Shown here: positions 1-8,113 of the stretch, piece by piece
Numbering within the stretch: position 1 is the stretch's first letter
How the letters are laid out: each line of letters opens with the position of its first letter
Source: an uncultured virus (IMG/VR IMGVR_UViG_2911005044_000001)
Taxonomy: Duplodnaviria; Heunggongvirae; Uroviricota; Caudoviricetes
Length of the DNA stretch: 20,000 bases
Virus record (IMG/VR): IMGVR_UViG_2911005044_000001
Strand: one strand, 5' to 3'
The notes under the pieces: model-generated
What the model saw: the letters and a program-made list of their open reading frames with translations, nothing else
What the model was told of the DNA's origin: nothing
The model's database searches: none
Made by a program: the position numbers and the translations under genes

Positions 1-2778
1 TTCTATGACCTTAAAACGTTTTGCTTTTCGGTCTTCTAAAAGTTTAGGATAAGCTTCATTGATTTGATCTTCTAATTTCAAACGCACTTGAACTGGTTTT
101 TCTCCATCAAGCGCATCTTGAATGCGCTGATCAATATCTTGTTTGGTAAATGGTCGTTTTAGGTTATTTACTATAGTAATATCCCGTACCGTATCTTTAC
201 CAAATGGTGTGCGACCACCTTGACCTTTTTGAAACAGGAAACGCTTTTTTACTTCGGCATCGAGTGGTAAAAATTCAGTTTCCAGATCATACGTGCCTTG
301 CTGTTTTTCTAATTTGATTTGATGGTCGTATCGTTCTAATAAATCATCGTACAACGCGTCTTGATCTTCCACTTTAAGTAATCCAGCTCTTCCAGTTAAT
401 TGACGGATAGCACCTTCTTTAAAACCATTACGTTCATAAGAAATGAAGCCTCGTTTATCGGTTTTCTTTTGATATGTTGGATAACCCAATTGTTCCATCA
501 TCTCTTGGTTTTCATCTACCCAATTCCACGCTGCGATGTCACCATATTTGTTTAGGAAGTCGGCACTTTTTAAAGTATCATCATTTGTCTTTTGCGAGCC
601 TGTGGTATTAGCATCCAGCGATTTTAATTTTGCTTTAAGCATCGTCATTAAACGCTTTTCGGTCGGAATGTCACTTGTGATGTAATAATACTCTGGCAAG
701 TTCACTTGACCAGTACGATTGATGCGTCCCCTTTTCTGAACTTCAGTATTTATATCCAGCTCGAACTGATGTACGATCATCGCTCGCTGGCGTTGGTCTT
801 TAAAATCTTTACTCGCGTGCGCAGAAGATCCTGTACTACCACTTTGATTAATAAGCAGCACATCATAATCGCCACTATTAAACATTCTAAAAGAGCGTTC
901 TGTATTGCTACGAAAAGATTCTACAACCGCTTCATCATCAGTTAAATCAATACGTTGATTACGACCTGTTACTTCGGCTACTTTGAAATACATATCAGAA
1001 TGACCGCCTAAATGTTTGGGCTTCTTTTCAGTCTGCAGTAAATGAATCAACTCGTCAATGGGCGAAATAGATAGTCCAGAGCTTTCTAATAACATTCGTT
1101 TTTTGATGTCGTTGTATTTCTCAATCCCATTCTGAGGCAATTCCTCTAACTGAATACGTTCTCTGGTTTTTTCGCCATCAATCGCCACATAATTGTAGTT
1201 AAATATTCCATCGAGTCCTTTGACTAAAGTTCTAACAAAGTCCATTTGTTCATTTGGAATCACATCGCCACTTACCAAATTCAAATCTTTCAAGAATGCA
1301 CCCATTGTGGACTTAAATGCAATGACTACTTTCTTGTCTTCCTTCAGTAATTTGATGGTGTGCGCTACCACATCTTTGACTTTCAATGCAAATAGCATTT
1401 GGTCAATGATGTTGAACACACGAGAAAAGTATGGCGATTGTTTTACGCCAAGTCCTCTCGGTTTAGAAGACATATGCTCGCCTTGCGCTTTCGCGGAAGC
1501 GTGAACGTCTGCTAATAATGGCGCCACAAATTCCTGCTCAAAAGCCACTACGTCATTCATTAAACTGATGATGCGATTGACGCTTTCTCGACTTTTACTG
1601 CGTTGTGGTTCGGCGTCCAGTGTTATGTAATCTACATTGATACCTTCGTTGGAACGCTGACGTCTAATAAGCTGACCACTTTCTGAAAGATTGGATGCCA
1701 CAATTTCCTGTAATGCTAATCCGCCACTGGTCATTGAACGCACAAAATTTGAGTCGGTCAATCCTGTTTCAGCGATGGCGGTTTTCTTCGCATAGAAAGG
1801 CATCACTTCTGGATATTTGGCGAACGTAGCACTCAAAAAGCAACAAGCTTTAGTTTGCGGCAAGACTTCGCGCATCCAGGTACCGATGATGGAATCGAAA
1901 CCGCCAGCCATATGCGACTCATCGAGAATGAAGATGAGCTTCTTATATTTTTTACTTCCATCGATTCCGTTATTTACCATTTTCTCAATCCACATACGTT
2001 TGTAGGGATGTGCAGATTGCACTTGAGAATAAGTAGCAAAAATCATATCATAACCCAATGGTAAATGGTCGAGCGTCAATGGAATTTTAATAGTTGGTGT
2101 TTTATCAGGATCAGGTAGTTTCTTCCCAATCTTTTTATGGTATTCAATAGACTCTGGACTCTCCGTTGGAAATTCAATTTCGTTTGAAATCAGGTCAGCT
2201 TGCGCAGAACTACTCAGCGGACTGAACACCACATTACCATCGGCATCTTTAATCTTTGCATTGGTATCTGTATTGACTATGAATGGCCTGATGTTCTCAA
2301 AACCTATCGCTTTCAGATCACGATACATATCTGTAAACAAGTCTGGTTTCTTGGTAAAAAAGACAGGAATATAATCGTTCATAACTGCGTGTCGTATCAC
2401 CGCAGCAGCCTGCCGACCTTTTCCTATTCCTGTCTGATCTGCTATAATAATGCCTTGCTCATTTTCAAATTGATTGAGATACAAACCAACCGCATCCACT
2501 TGTTCTGCACCCAATCCACTCCAAAGTTGTTTGGTGGATTCATACTTTAATTGATTACGCACATAATTATCAATATTCCCTTTTGTCTTCACAATGCTAT
2601 TGAGCGACTTTTGAACCTCAAATGCCATATTACGCGGAATGAGCGTATTCATTCGGTATGGCGCTTTTGACTTTGGGACGTATTCCACTAAAGCACTTTC
2701 TTGCGTGGCAAGTTTTGCGACCTCTTCGGCATCTTGCTTAAAATCTGCCTGTTCTATTTCTAATTCTTGGTTACTCAT
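1..2778 (-). CDS. Strawberry-notch family SF2 helicase/ATPase (3' end beyond window, >=926 aa)
   Basis: Partial manual translation from ATG at 2778 (MSNQELEIEQ...). Motifs: Q-motif GAEQVDAV, Walker A ADQTGIGKGRQ (~2410-2442), Walker B IFILDESH (~1911-1934), motif III FLSATFAK, motif VI EVQKRGRINRTGQ (~706-744), then KAKLKSLDANTTG. Absence from the ORF track is consistent with no stop before the edge. The start overlaps the upstream stop. Confidence 0.92.
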   Translation of the reverse strand, partial: MSNQELEIEQADFKQDAEEVAKLATQESALVEYVPKSKAPYRMNTLIPRNMAFEVQKSLNSIVKTKGNIDNYVRNQLKYESTKQLWSGLGAEQVDAVGLYLNQFENEQGIIIADQTGIGKGRQAAAVIRHAVMNDYIPVFFTKKPDLFTDMYRDLKAIGFENIRPFIVNTDTNAKIKDADGNVVFSPLSSSAQADLISNEIEFPTESPESIEYHKKIGKKLPDPDKTPTIKIPLTLDHLPLGYDMIFATYSQVQSAHPYKRMWIEKMVNNGIDGSKKYKKLIFILDESHMAGGFDSIIGTWMREVLPQTKACCFLSATFAKYPEVMPFYAKKTAIAETGLTDSNFVRSMTSGGLALQEIVASNLSESGQLIRRQRSNEGINVDYITLDAEPQRSKSRESVNRIISLMNDVVAFEQEFVAPLLADVHASAKAQGEHMSSKPRGLGVKQSPYFSRVFNIIDQMLFALKVKDVVAHTIKLLKEDKKVVIAFKSTMGAFLKDLNLVSGDVIPNEQMDFVRTLVKGLDGIFNYNYVAIDGEKTRERIQLEELPQNGIEKYNDIKKRMLLESSGLSISPIDELIHLLQTEKKPKHLGGHSDMYFKVAEVTGRNQRIDLTDDEAVVESFRSNTERSFRMFNSGDYDVLLINQSGSTGSSAHASKDFKDQRQRAMIVHQFELDINTEVQKRGRINRTGQVNLPEYYYITSDIPTEKRLMTMLKAKLKSLDANTTGSQKTNDDTLKSADFLNKYGDIAAWNWVDENQEMMEQLGYPTYQKKTDKRGFISYERNGFKEGAIRQLTGRAGLLKVEDQDALYDDLLERYDHQIKLEKQQGTYDLETEFLPLDAEVKKRFLFQKGQGGRTPFGKDTVRDITIVNNLKRPFTKQDIDQRIQDALDGEKPVQVRLKLEDQINEAYPKLLEDRKAKRFKVIE

Positions 2779-3196
2779 TCTTGTGTTGGGCTAATGCTTC
2801 TAAATAAGTTCGTAATGTGATTTCTAAATACAACTGAATGGCCTCTTCTTTATCCATACCACTTCCATAAAGCAATGAATCTTGAGGTGCGGTTTCGTCC
2901 AGTTTATCCCAACTTTCTTTGAGTGTCCAGAGTGCGAGTTGCATCTTATCTGTATTGGCAAGAAAGTCGGCTATTTCTGCTACCGATTTCCCTTCGGTGT
3001 AGACCAACTCCAGATAATCTTCAATAAGAGCAATTGGGTTTTCACCTTTCGCGAAAGCGTGTTCCACCAGTAGATGTAATTGAATGTAAAGTGCTGCTTC
3101 GTGGTCTTCATAGCGTTCAAATGATTTGGTGTTTGTGACCATAAAGAGTTTTGTACTCGTGTCGTTAGGCATTAATTGATTATTGAAATAGATCAT
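2771..3196 (-). CDS. Hypothetical acidic, probably helical protein (141 aa)
   Basis: Overlaps both neighbours (ATGA with the MTase stop, ATGAGTAA with the helicase start). Manual count gives 25 D/E versus 11 K/R. Confidence 0.85.
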   Translation of the reverse strand: MIYFNNQLMPNDTSTKLFMVTNTKSFERYEDHEAALYIQLHLLVEHAFAKGENPIALIEDYLELVYTEGKSVAEIADFLANTDKMQLALWTLKESWDKLDETAPQDSLLYGSGMDKEEAIQLYLEITLRTYLEALAQHKNE

Positions 3197-5937
3197 TTTG
3201 TTCTTGCGGTTTTAAGCTGTTTTATGATGGTATCGATATTTGGTTTGATGTGCGATTTGGTTTGCTTCCAGAGATCTTCAAACGTCTCTACCATATCTTC
3301 TAAATGTGGTTGTTCGCTTTTGTTTGGTGCTACTCCATAAGGTTTTGATTTACGACCACCAATGAGAATGAGCATTGTTTTTGTAACCGCTCCTTGTTTA
3401 TTGTAGAGCTTGTAACTATTCATATTAATCACATCGTCTACTTTGTAATGACGATACAGCCAGTTGAAAAACGGACGGTATTTTGCAAAAAGTCCGTCGT
3501 CTCCAAAATAGACGTGTCCCATTATAATAATTGCTGCCTTGCCATCATCTTTCATCGTGTAAAGCGCCAATCCAGCCATCAAGTGTTCTAGGCGAATATG
3601 GTTTGCTAATCCGCGATGTTTGTTGAAGTATTTCTGTATAATTCGCTCCTTATCAAACTTAGAATCATCCCAACTTGCAAATGGCGGATTGGTCACGACC
3701 ACATCGTGAACTTTGTGCATCATTTCTGGAAATGGTTCTGCTGCGTTATCTGATGTAATACGACCAAAACCTTGATGCTCTAAAGATTGTTTTCGGCTTT
3801 TATCTATCTCGTTGACGTGAGTGATTCTTGGATTCGCTCCTACGAGTAGCAACCCATTTCCAGCACTTGGCTCAAAGATGAACTCGGCTTCATCCATTTG
3901 GGTGTATTGCGCGATGATGGCTCCAATAGGACAAGGCGTGGAATACTGTTTGTAGAGTTCTTTACTACTATCAGAATACGCATAGGTAGGTTGCACTTTA
4001 TTCCAAAACAACACCATCTTTTTCAGTCGTGCTTCAAATGGGATAGGTTCTCTGTAGAGCATCTTGTACCATAACAACCAACTCAATTCTACCGCTTCCC
4101 AAAGTGCGCCCATCGTTGGTGCATTGGTTTCTTCTCTAAGCTTTTCTATCTTCTTTTTTGATAGGCGTTCCGCTTTCGCGAAAGCGGTATGCAGAATAGC
4201 TATGACCTTATCTAAATAGTCGTTGGGTTCTTGATGTTTTTCTTTTTTAGGCTTGGGTTCTGGAAGTGATTCTTCGACCTCTAAATCCTTGTTCATATAA
4301 TCCTGAATGACCAGTTTGGATCTTTCCAATCTGCTTATTTCCCATTCAATATCATTGAAAGCTTCTTTGGACTGCTTATCGGTTCTGGGTTTGTTGGATT
4401 TTGGGTTGACTAATTCCAATTTCTTTTCAACCAATTCCATTAATAAGGAATCCATAATCACAATTCCCTTTGCTAAATCTGCAATAGGTCTGGAATGTTC
4501 GACCGCAGACCACCATTGATGCCTGTCATCGTATGCGCCAATTTGAGAAGCTAAAGTTGAGACACTTTTATAACCAGTATGAACGTTCACATAAGGATAA
4601 TCTAAATCTGTAGGATAGCCGATTTCTTCAAACGCTTCCAGACCGCGACTTTCCCACTCACGAAGAACTGTAGAACGATTTACATTAATTCCATAATCAT
4701 TAGGATGTGCCATTTGAGACAGACGAAATAAATCTAATCCAGAGGCTTGTTCAATGGTATCATCTGTAATGTTGTAGAGTCGCTTGAACTTCATTCTCAT
4801 AAAGTTGGCATCACTTAAATTGAGTCCACCAGATTGAAAAGGTTCGCCAGCTTTTGTTGGGACTAAAACATTGGGAACAATATGATCGCGATTGAAAATA
4901 TCTTTTGATACAGATAGCGTTCTAGCGACCTCTTCTTTCAGATGGAAAAGAGGTAAGTCTAGCGATAGGTTCAAGCGATTGATTTCCATTAACGCCATTG
5001 TGCGCGATGAGAAAGTCAAATCCAAAATCCAATCCTTAAAGTTTTGTAGCGCTTTTAAAAGTTCGTTCTTAAAACGTAGTTCGCTGGATTGTTCCTGCGC
5101 ATCTTCTAAATCTAAAATGGTGGTGGCTATGATGGTTTCATCTTCACCTTCAAGACTCTCTTCTAAAATTACAAGTTTGCTAATCACTTCGCTTAAAATC
5201 TCACGAGTAGAAATTTTACGCTCTTTATCGGTCTTGTAACCAGACTCATTTTCTTTAGGCACTTCTTCAAGGGTCTCTTCGTTTTCAGTTTTACTATCTT
5301 CTATAGGAAGTTCGTTTTCTATTTTGATTTGCTTTTCGTTGTTTGTTGTCTCAAGAGTAGGTTTGTCTTGAGCTTTGCCATCCTCTATAGGAAGGTAGTT
5401 TTCTACTTCCTTAGTAGGTTCGTTTTCTATTTCCGTTATCTCATCGACTTTAAAACGATTTATAATTTGCCCTTTGTCATATATAATGCGAGCTTTCCGT
5501 TTATAGTTTCTGGGAGAGACTTCGACGTTTTGCAAATCGTCTCCATATTTGGTAATGGCATATTGAGTTGCTATTTCTGTAGCGACCTTCTTATAGGGAT
5601 CGAATAAAACATAGTCCTTCGTTTCTGCCTTTTCTGTACCTCTGTATGAAATAGTAACAAAACTAAATTTGCTTTTATCAATGTTTTCTAAGGAAGGTTG
5701 AAACGATGGATACATCGAAACCGTTTTCCAATCGTCTCCACGAGAAAACGCATCTCTTAAGGAAGTAGCAAAACTTTTATAGGCTGGATGCGCATCAGAA
5801 TACCAAGTATTTTTCTTCTTAAAAACCTCGCGAAAGCCTAATTCTAATAGGAAGGTCGAAAACTCTTTGGGTAGGTTTTCACTGAATAGCAATTCAATTG
5901 CGTTTTTCTCTTCGTTCTCTGTAATCGTTACCTGCAT
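3193..5937 (-). CDS. Large protein with C-terminal N6-adenine DNA methyltransferase domain (914 aa)
   Basis: KQYSTP (motif X), FIFEPSAGNGLL (SAM-binding motif I), VNEID, and DVVVTNPPF (catalytic motif IV). The N-terminal ~570 aa are of unknown function and include acidic linkers. Confidence 0.9.
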   Translation of the reverse strand: MQVTITENEEKNAIELLFSENLPKEFSTFLLELGFREVFKKKNTWYSDAHPAYKSFATSLRDAFSRGDDWKTVSMYPSFQPSLENIDKSKFSFVTISYRGTEKAETKDYVLFDPYKKVATEIATQYAITKYGDDLQNVEVSPRNYKRKARIIYDKGQIINRFKVDEITEIENEPTKEVENYLPIEDGKAQDKPTLETTNNEKQIKIENELPIEDSKTENEETLEEVPKENESGYKTDKERKISTREILSEVISKLVILEESLEGEDETIIATTILDLEDAQEQSSELRFKNELLKALQNFKDWILDLTFSSRTMALMEINRLNLSLDLPLFHLKEEVARTLSVSKDIFNRDHIVPNVLVPTKAGEPFQSGGLNLSDANFMRMKFKRLYNITDDTIEQASGLDLFRLSQMAHPNDYGINVNRSTVLREWESRGLEAFEEIGYPTDLDYPYVNVHTGYKSVSTLASQIGAYDDRHQWWSAVEHSRPIADLAKGIVIMDSLLMELVEKKLELVNPKSNKPRTDKQSKEAFNDIEWEISRLERSKLVIQDYMNKDLEVEESLPEPKPKKEKHQEPNDYLDKVIAILHTAFAKAERLSKKKIEKLREETNAPTMGALWEAVELSWLLWYKMLYREPIPFEARLKKMVLFWNKVQPTYAYSDSSKELYKQYSTPCPIGAIIAQYTQMDEAEFIFEPSAGNGLLLVGANPRITHVNEIDKSRKQSLEHQGFGRITSDNAAEPFPEMMHKVHDVVVTNPPFASWDDSKFDKERIIQKYFNKHRGLANHIRLEHLMAGLALYTMKDDGKAAIIIMGHVYFGDDGLFAKYRPFFNWLYRHYKVDDVINMNSYKLYNKQGAVTKTMLILIGGRKSKPYGVAPNKSEQPHLEDMVETFEDLWKQTKSHIKPNIDTIIKQLKTARTK

Positions 5938-5984
5938 CTGTATCGGGAATAGGAAAACTCATCGCTATAGGAAGCTCGTTTTCT
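5301..5984. repeat. Dispersed 20-bp repeat, consensus CTATAGGAAGTTCGTTTTCT
   Basis: Copies at 5301-5320 (reference), 5385-5404 (18/20), 5409-5428 (16/20) and intergenic 5965-5984 (19/20). Confidence 0.8.
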
Positions 5985-6015
5985 CTTTGATTTAGGATAA
6001 ATATAGATTTGAGAG

Positions 6016-6195
6016 TCGGTCGATTGACCTTACGGAAATGTACTTCGGTACATTGGGATTATTTTGAAATTAGGTTGAAATGGGTAATCGTAGTAACGGT
6101 AAGGGTTTTGAATTTATGGGTGGGATAAATTCAATAATTTTAGAAGGTACTCTAAAGTAATATCCCTGAACTTTCATTTTAAGTTCAGGGATATT
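6016..6195. ncRNA. Candidate structured RNA (sRNA or leader) between glycosyltransferase and MTase
   Basis: Hairpins GGTC-gatt-GACC (6018-6029), AATGTAC-TTCG-GTACATT (6037-6054), TTGAATTTAT-GGGTGGG-ATAAATTCAA (6108-6134), TTTAGA-aggtac-TCTAAA (6139-6156), and a 15-bp stem (6159-6195). Confidence 0.4.
6159..6195 (-). terminator. Terminator-like hairpin downstream of the glycosyltransferase gene (possibly bidirectional)
   Basis: Perfect 15-bp inverted repeat AATATCCCTGAACTT / AAGTTCAGGGATATT with a 7-nt loop, 6 bp past the stop. The U-tract on the minus strand is weak (ACTTT). Confidence 0.7.
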
Positions 6196-6201
6196 GATTG
6201 A

Positions 6202-7353
6202 TTAAATATATAAGGAAGTTATTTTATCAATAGATGTCTTTGCAAAGCTGTTATTATTCCAGATATTCTTTATGAGACTAGAAGAAAAATTTTTCTCTTT
6301 ATCATATTTTACAAGTGTTTCAAGAGCTTCTAACCACTCAGGAGCTTCACTCGCTAAAAATCCATTTTCTGCATTGTGAATCCATTTTTTGACTGGATGG
6401 TGAGATGATGCAACTACAGGAATCCCAAACGTTGAAAGCTCCATAAAAAGCTGATAGTTTTGATGCCTATTAAAAAGACATTCTAAAGCAGGTAGTAAAA
6501 CTACATCGAGTTGTAAGCTGTTCAACTTTTCAAAATAATCTAAGAATGAAACGGTAGGATGTATTTCTACTTTATATTCTTTAAAAAGTTTTTCTACTTC
6601 CCATACAGAATAGGGCTTCCCGAAGTAAATAAACTCAATTTGATCTCCAAAATTTTTTCTCATTTTAAAAAGTACTTCCTTAAGAGATAGCAAATCTTCT
6701 TCGGTTGATTTTATTAAGCCTACTCGTAATTTCTCTGAAGTGTTTCTTGTAAGTGGTGGCATTTCTTCATAGCCATATCTCGAGACTAAACTGGGAAGGT
6801 ATTGCACAAATGTATGTGCGTTTTCTAAGCGGTCGTCAATGAATCGCTGCAAGAACTTTTGAAAAGCTTCATTTGCAACAGTCACGATATCCATTAGACC
6901 CAAATTATTTTCTATGCACTTTAGTTTGTCATTAGTTAGCTTTCGCGAAAGCGGAATAGAAACAGGTATCGCAAAATAATTTCTATCTAAGTCCATCACT
7001 AATTGAACCGAAGGATTAAGCGTTTTGATAGCCTGCATCAAATAGCTAACATCACTAAACAGGGCAGGGAAAATGATGTAATCTGCCCAGGTAATTAAGC
7101 GCTCATCCAGCTGATTTACAAAATCAGAAAGTTTCATCGAGAAGTCATTGGTCTCGATACTGGTAATAATCGCCTTATGCGTATCTGTTTTATTGATTTC
7201 TAATGCAGGTGTTATCATCCTGTAATAACCTGTCGCATTGAGTTTGGGACTCACATAAAGCAGATGAATTTTATCATCTGCCTCTATGTTATATCGCTGG
7301 TCAAAATTGTTTTTAGGATTGAGCTTCGCTTGTAATTCTTTAATTGTTCTCAT
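6202..7353 (-). CDS. GT-B fold (GT4-like) glycosyltransferase, divergent
   Basis: N-terminal GYYRMITP, VMDLDRNY, DIVTVAN. C-terminal ELSTFGIPVVAS...NAENGFLA...EWLEALETLV is typical of the GT4 nucleotide-sugar-binding domain. Confidence 0.8.
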   Translation of the reverse strand: MRTIKELQAKLNPKNNFDQRYNIEADDKIHLLYVSPKLNATGYYRMITPALEINKTDTHKAIITSIETNDFSMKLSDFVNQLDERLITWADYIIFPALFSDVSYLMQAIKTLNPSVQLVMDLDRNYFAIPVSIPLSRKLTNDKLKCIENNLGLMDIVTVANEAFQKFLQRFIDDRLENAHTFVQYLPSLVSRYGYEEMPPLTRNTSEKLRVGLIKSTEEDLLSLKEVLFKMRKNFGDQIEFIYFGKPYSVWEVEKLFKEYKVEIHPTVSFLDYFEKLNSLQLDVVLLPALECLFNRHQNYQLFMELSTFGIPVVASSHHPVKKWIHNAENGFLASEAPEWLEALETLVKYDKEKNFSSSLIKNIWNNNSFAKTSIDKITSLYI

Positions 7354-7625
7354 TATATAGTTTCAACTGATTTCTCAATCCCTTCGTAAAATTTTGCAAT
7401 GCGTTGTCCGGTTGCTTTGTCATAAATCTCAATGGTACCAGCTAATGGACCATATTGTTTTATCTTTTTTCTGAAACGTTCCATACCAGTTTCTTTGCTG
7501 CGTGTTCTTGATAATTTGTGCTTCCAATCTATTGAATACATTGTTCTTACGTTACCGTCTTTAAACCAGACAATCATTTTTGAAAATGAATCTTGTCCTA
7601 GTTTCCATCCTTTGCTTTGTGCCAT
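7353..7625 (-). CDS. Hypothetical basic protein (90 aa)
   Basis: TAATG-coupled to both neighbours in the operon. Confidence 0.8.
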   Translation of the reverse strand: MAQSKGWKLGQDSFSKMIVWFKDGNVRTMYSIDWKHKLSRTRSKETGMERFRKKIKQYGPLAGTIEIYDKATGQRIAKFYEGIEKSVETI

Positions 7626-8110
7626 TATTTGAAATATTTAATTAGTGAATTAAGTGGGATTTGTTTTATAAACTCTTCATTTTGAAAAGCTCTAACCTGG
7701 ACTTTATCGTCCTTGAGGTGAATCCAAATACGGACGCTTTCTTCATCAATACGATTGGCTTCTGCAAACTCTTTGAGGTATTGTTTGATGCTGAAGGCAA
7801 CTTTATTCTGTACGTTATCCAATTGTGCTAATTGCTCTTCCATAAAGAAATACGTGAGCTCTTGAGTAGGTATAGCGCTCACAGGTTTACTCTGATTGTA
7901 TAAAAATGAACGTATGATGTGATCTTTTTGAAAAATCCTGATGTAGAGACGATCCTTTGGGATTTGAAGTCTGTTGGAAATGTAGTTGGTGCGGTTAGTG
8001 ATAGTTTTAGTTACCATCTTTTCGTAACCAAAAATATCAACCGTCAAATCGGTTAATGCACCTTTGAGTTTTTTGCTCAAAGACGCATCATTTTTTTTAA
8101 ATGGATTCAT
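7625..8110 (-). CDS. Hypothetical protein with internal tandem duplication (161 aa)
   Basis: Operonic ORF with two similar segments, LYIRIFQKD...AIPTQELTYFF and VRIWIHLKD...QIPLNSLIKYF. Confidence 0.8.
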   Translation of the reverse strand: MNPFKKNDASLSKKLKGALTDLTVDIFGYEKMVTKTITNRTNYISNRLQIPKDRLYIRIFQKDHIIRSFLYNQSKPVSAIPTQELTYFFMEEQLAQLDNVQNKVAFSIKQYLKEFAEANRIDEESVRIWIHLKDDKVQVRAFQNEEFIKQIPLNSLIKYFK

Positions 8111-8113
8111 TTT

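Noticed and set aside
706..5607. Plus-strand ORFs in the track (706, 1220, 1817, 1855, 2200, 2882, 3394, 4307, 4892, 5329)
   Set aside because: They are antisense shadows of the helicase, 141-aa and MTase genes, mostly with non-ATG starts and no motifs.
1..5937. Known BREX, DISARM or type I/III restriction-modification system
   Set aside because: The helicase is Strawberry-notch type, and no PglZ, DrmA/B, HsdS or nuclease motif is visible in the window.
5301..5984. CRISPR array or FRT-like site for the TATAGGAAG repeats
   Set aside because: Spacing is irregular, most copies are coding, there are no cas genes, and there is no inverted pair around an 8-bp spacer.
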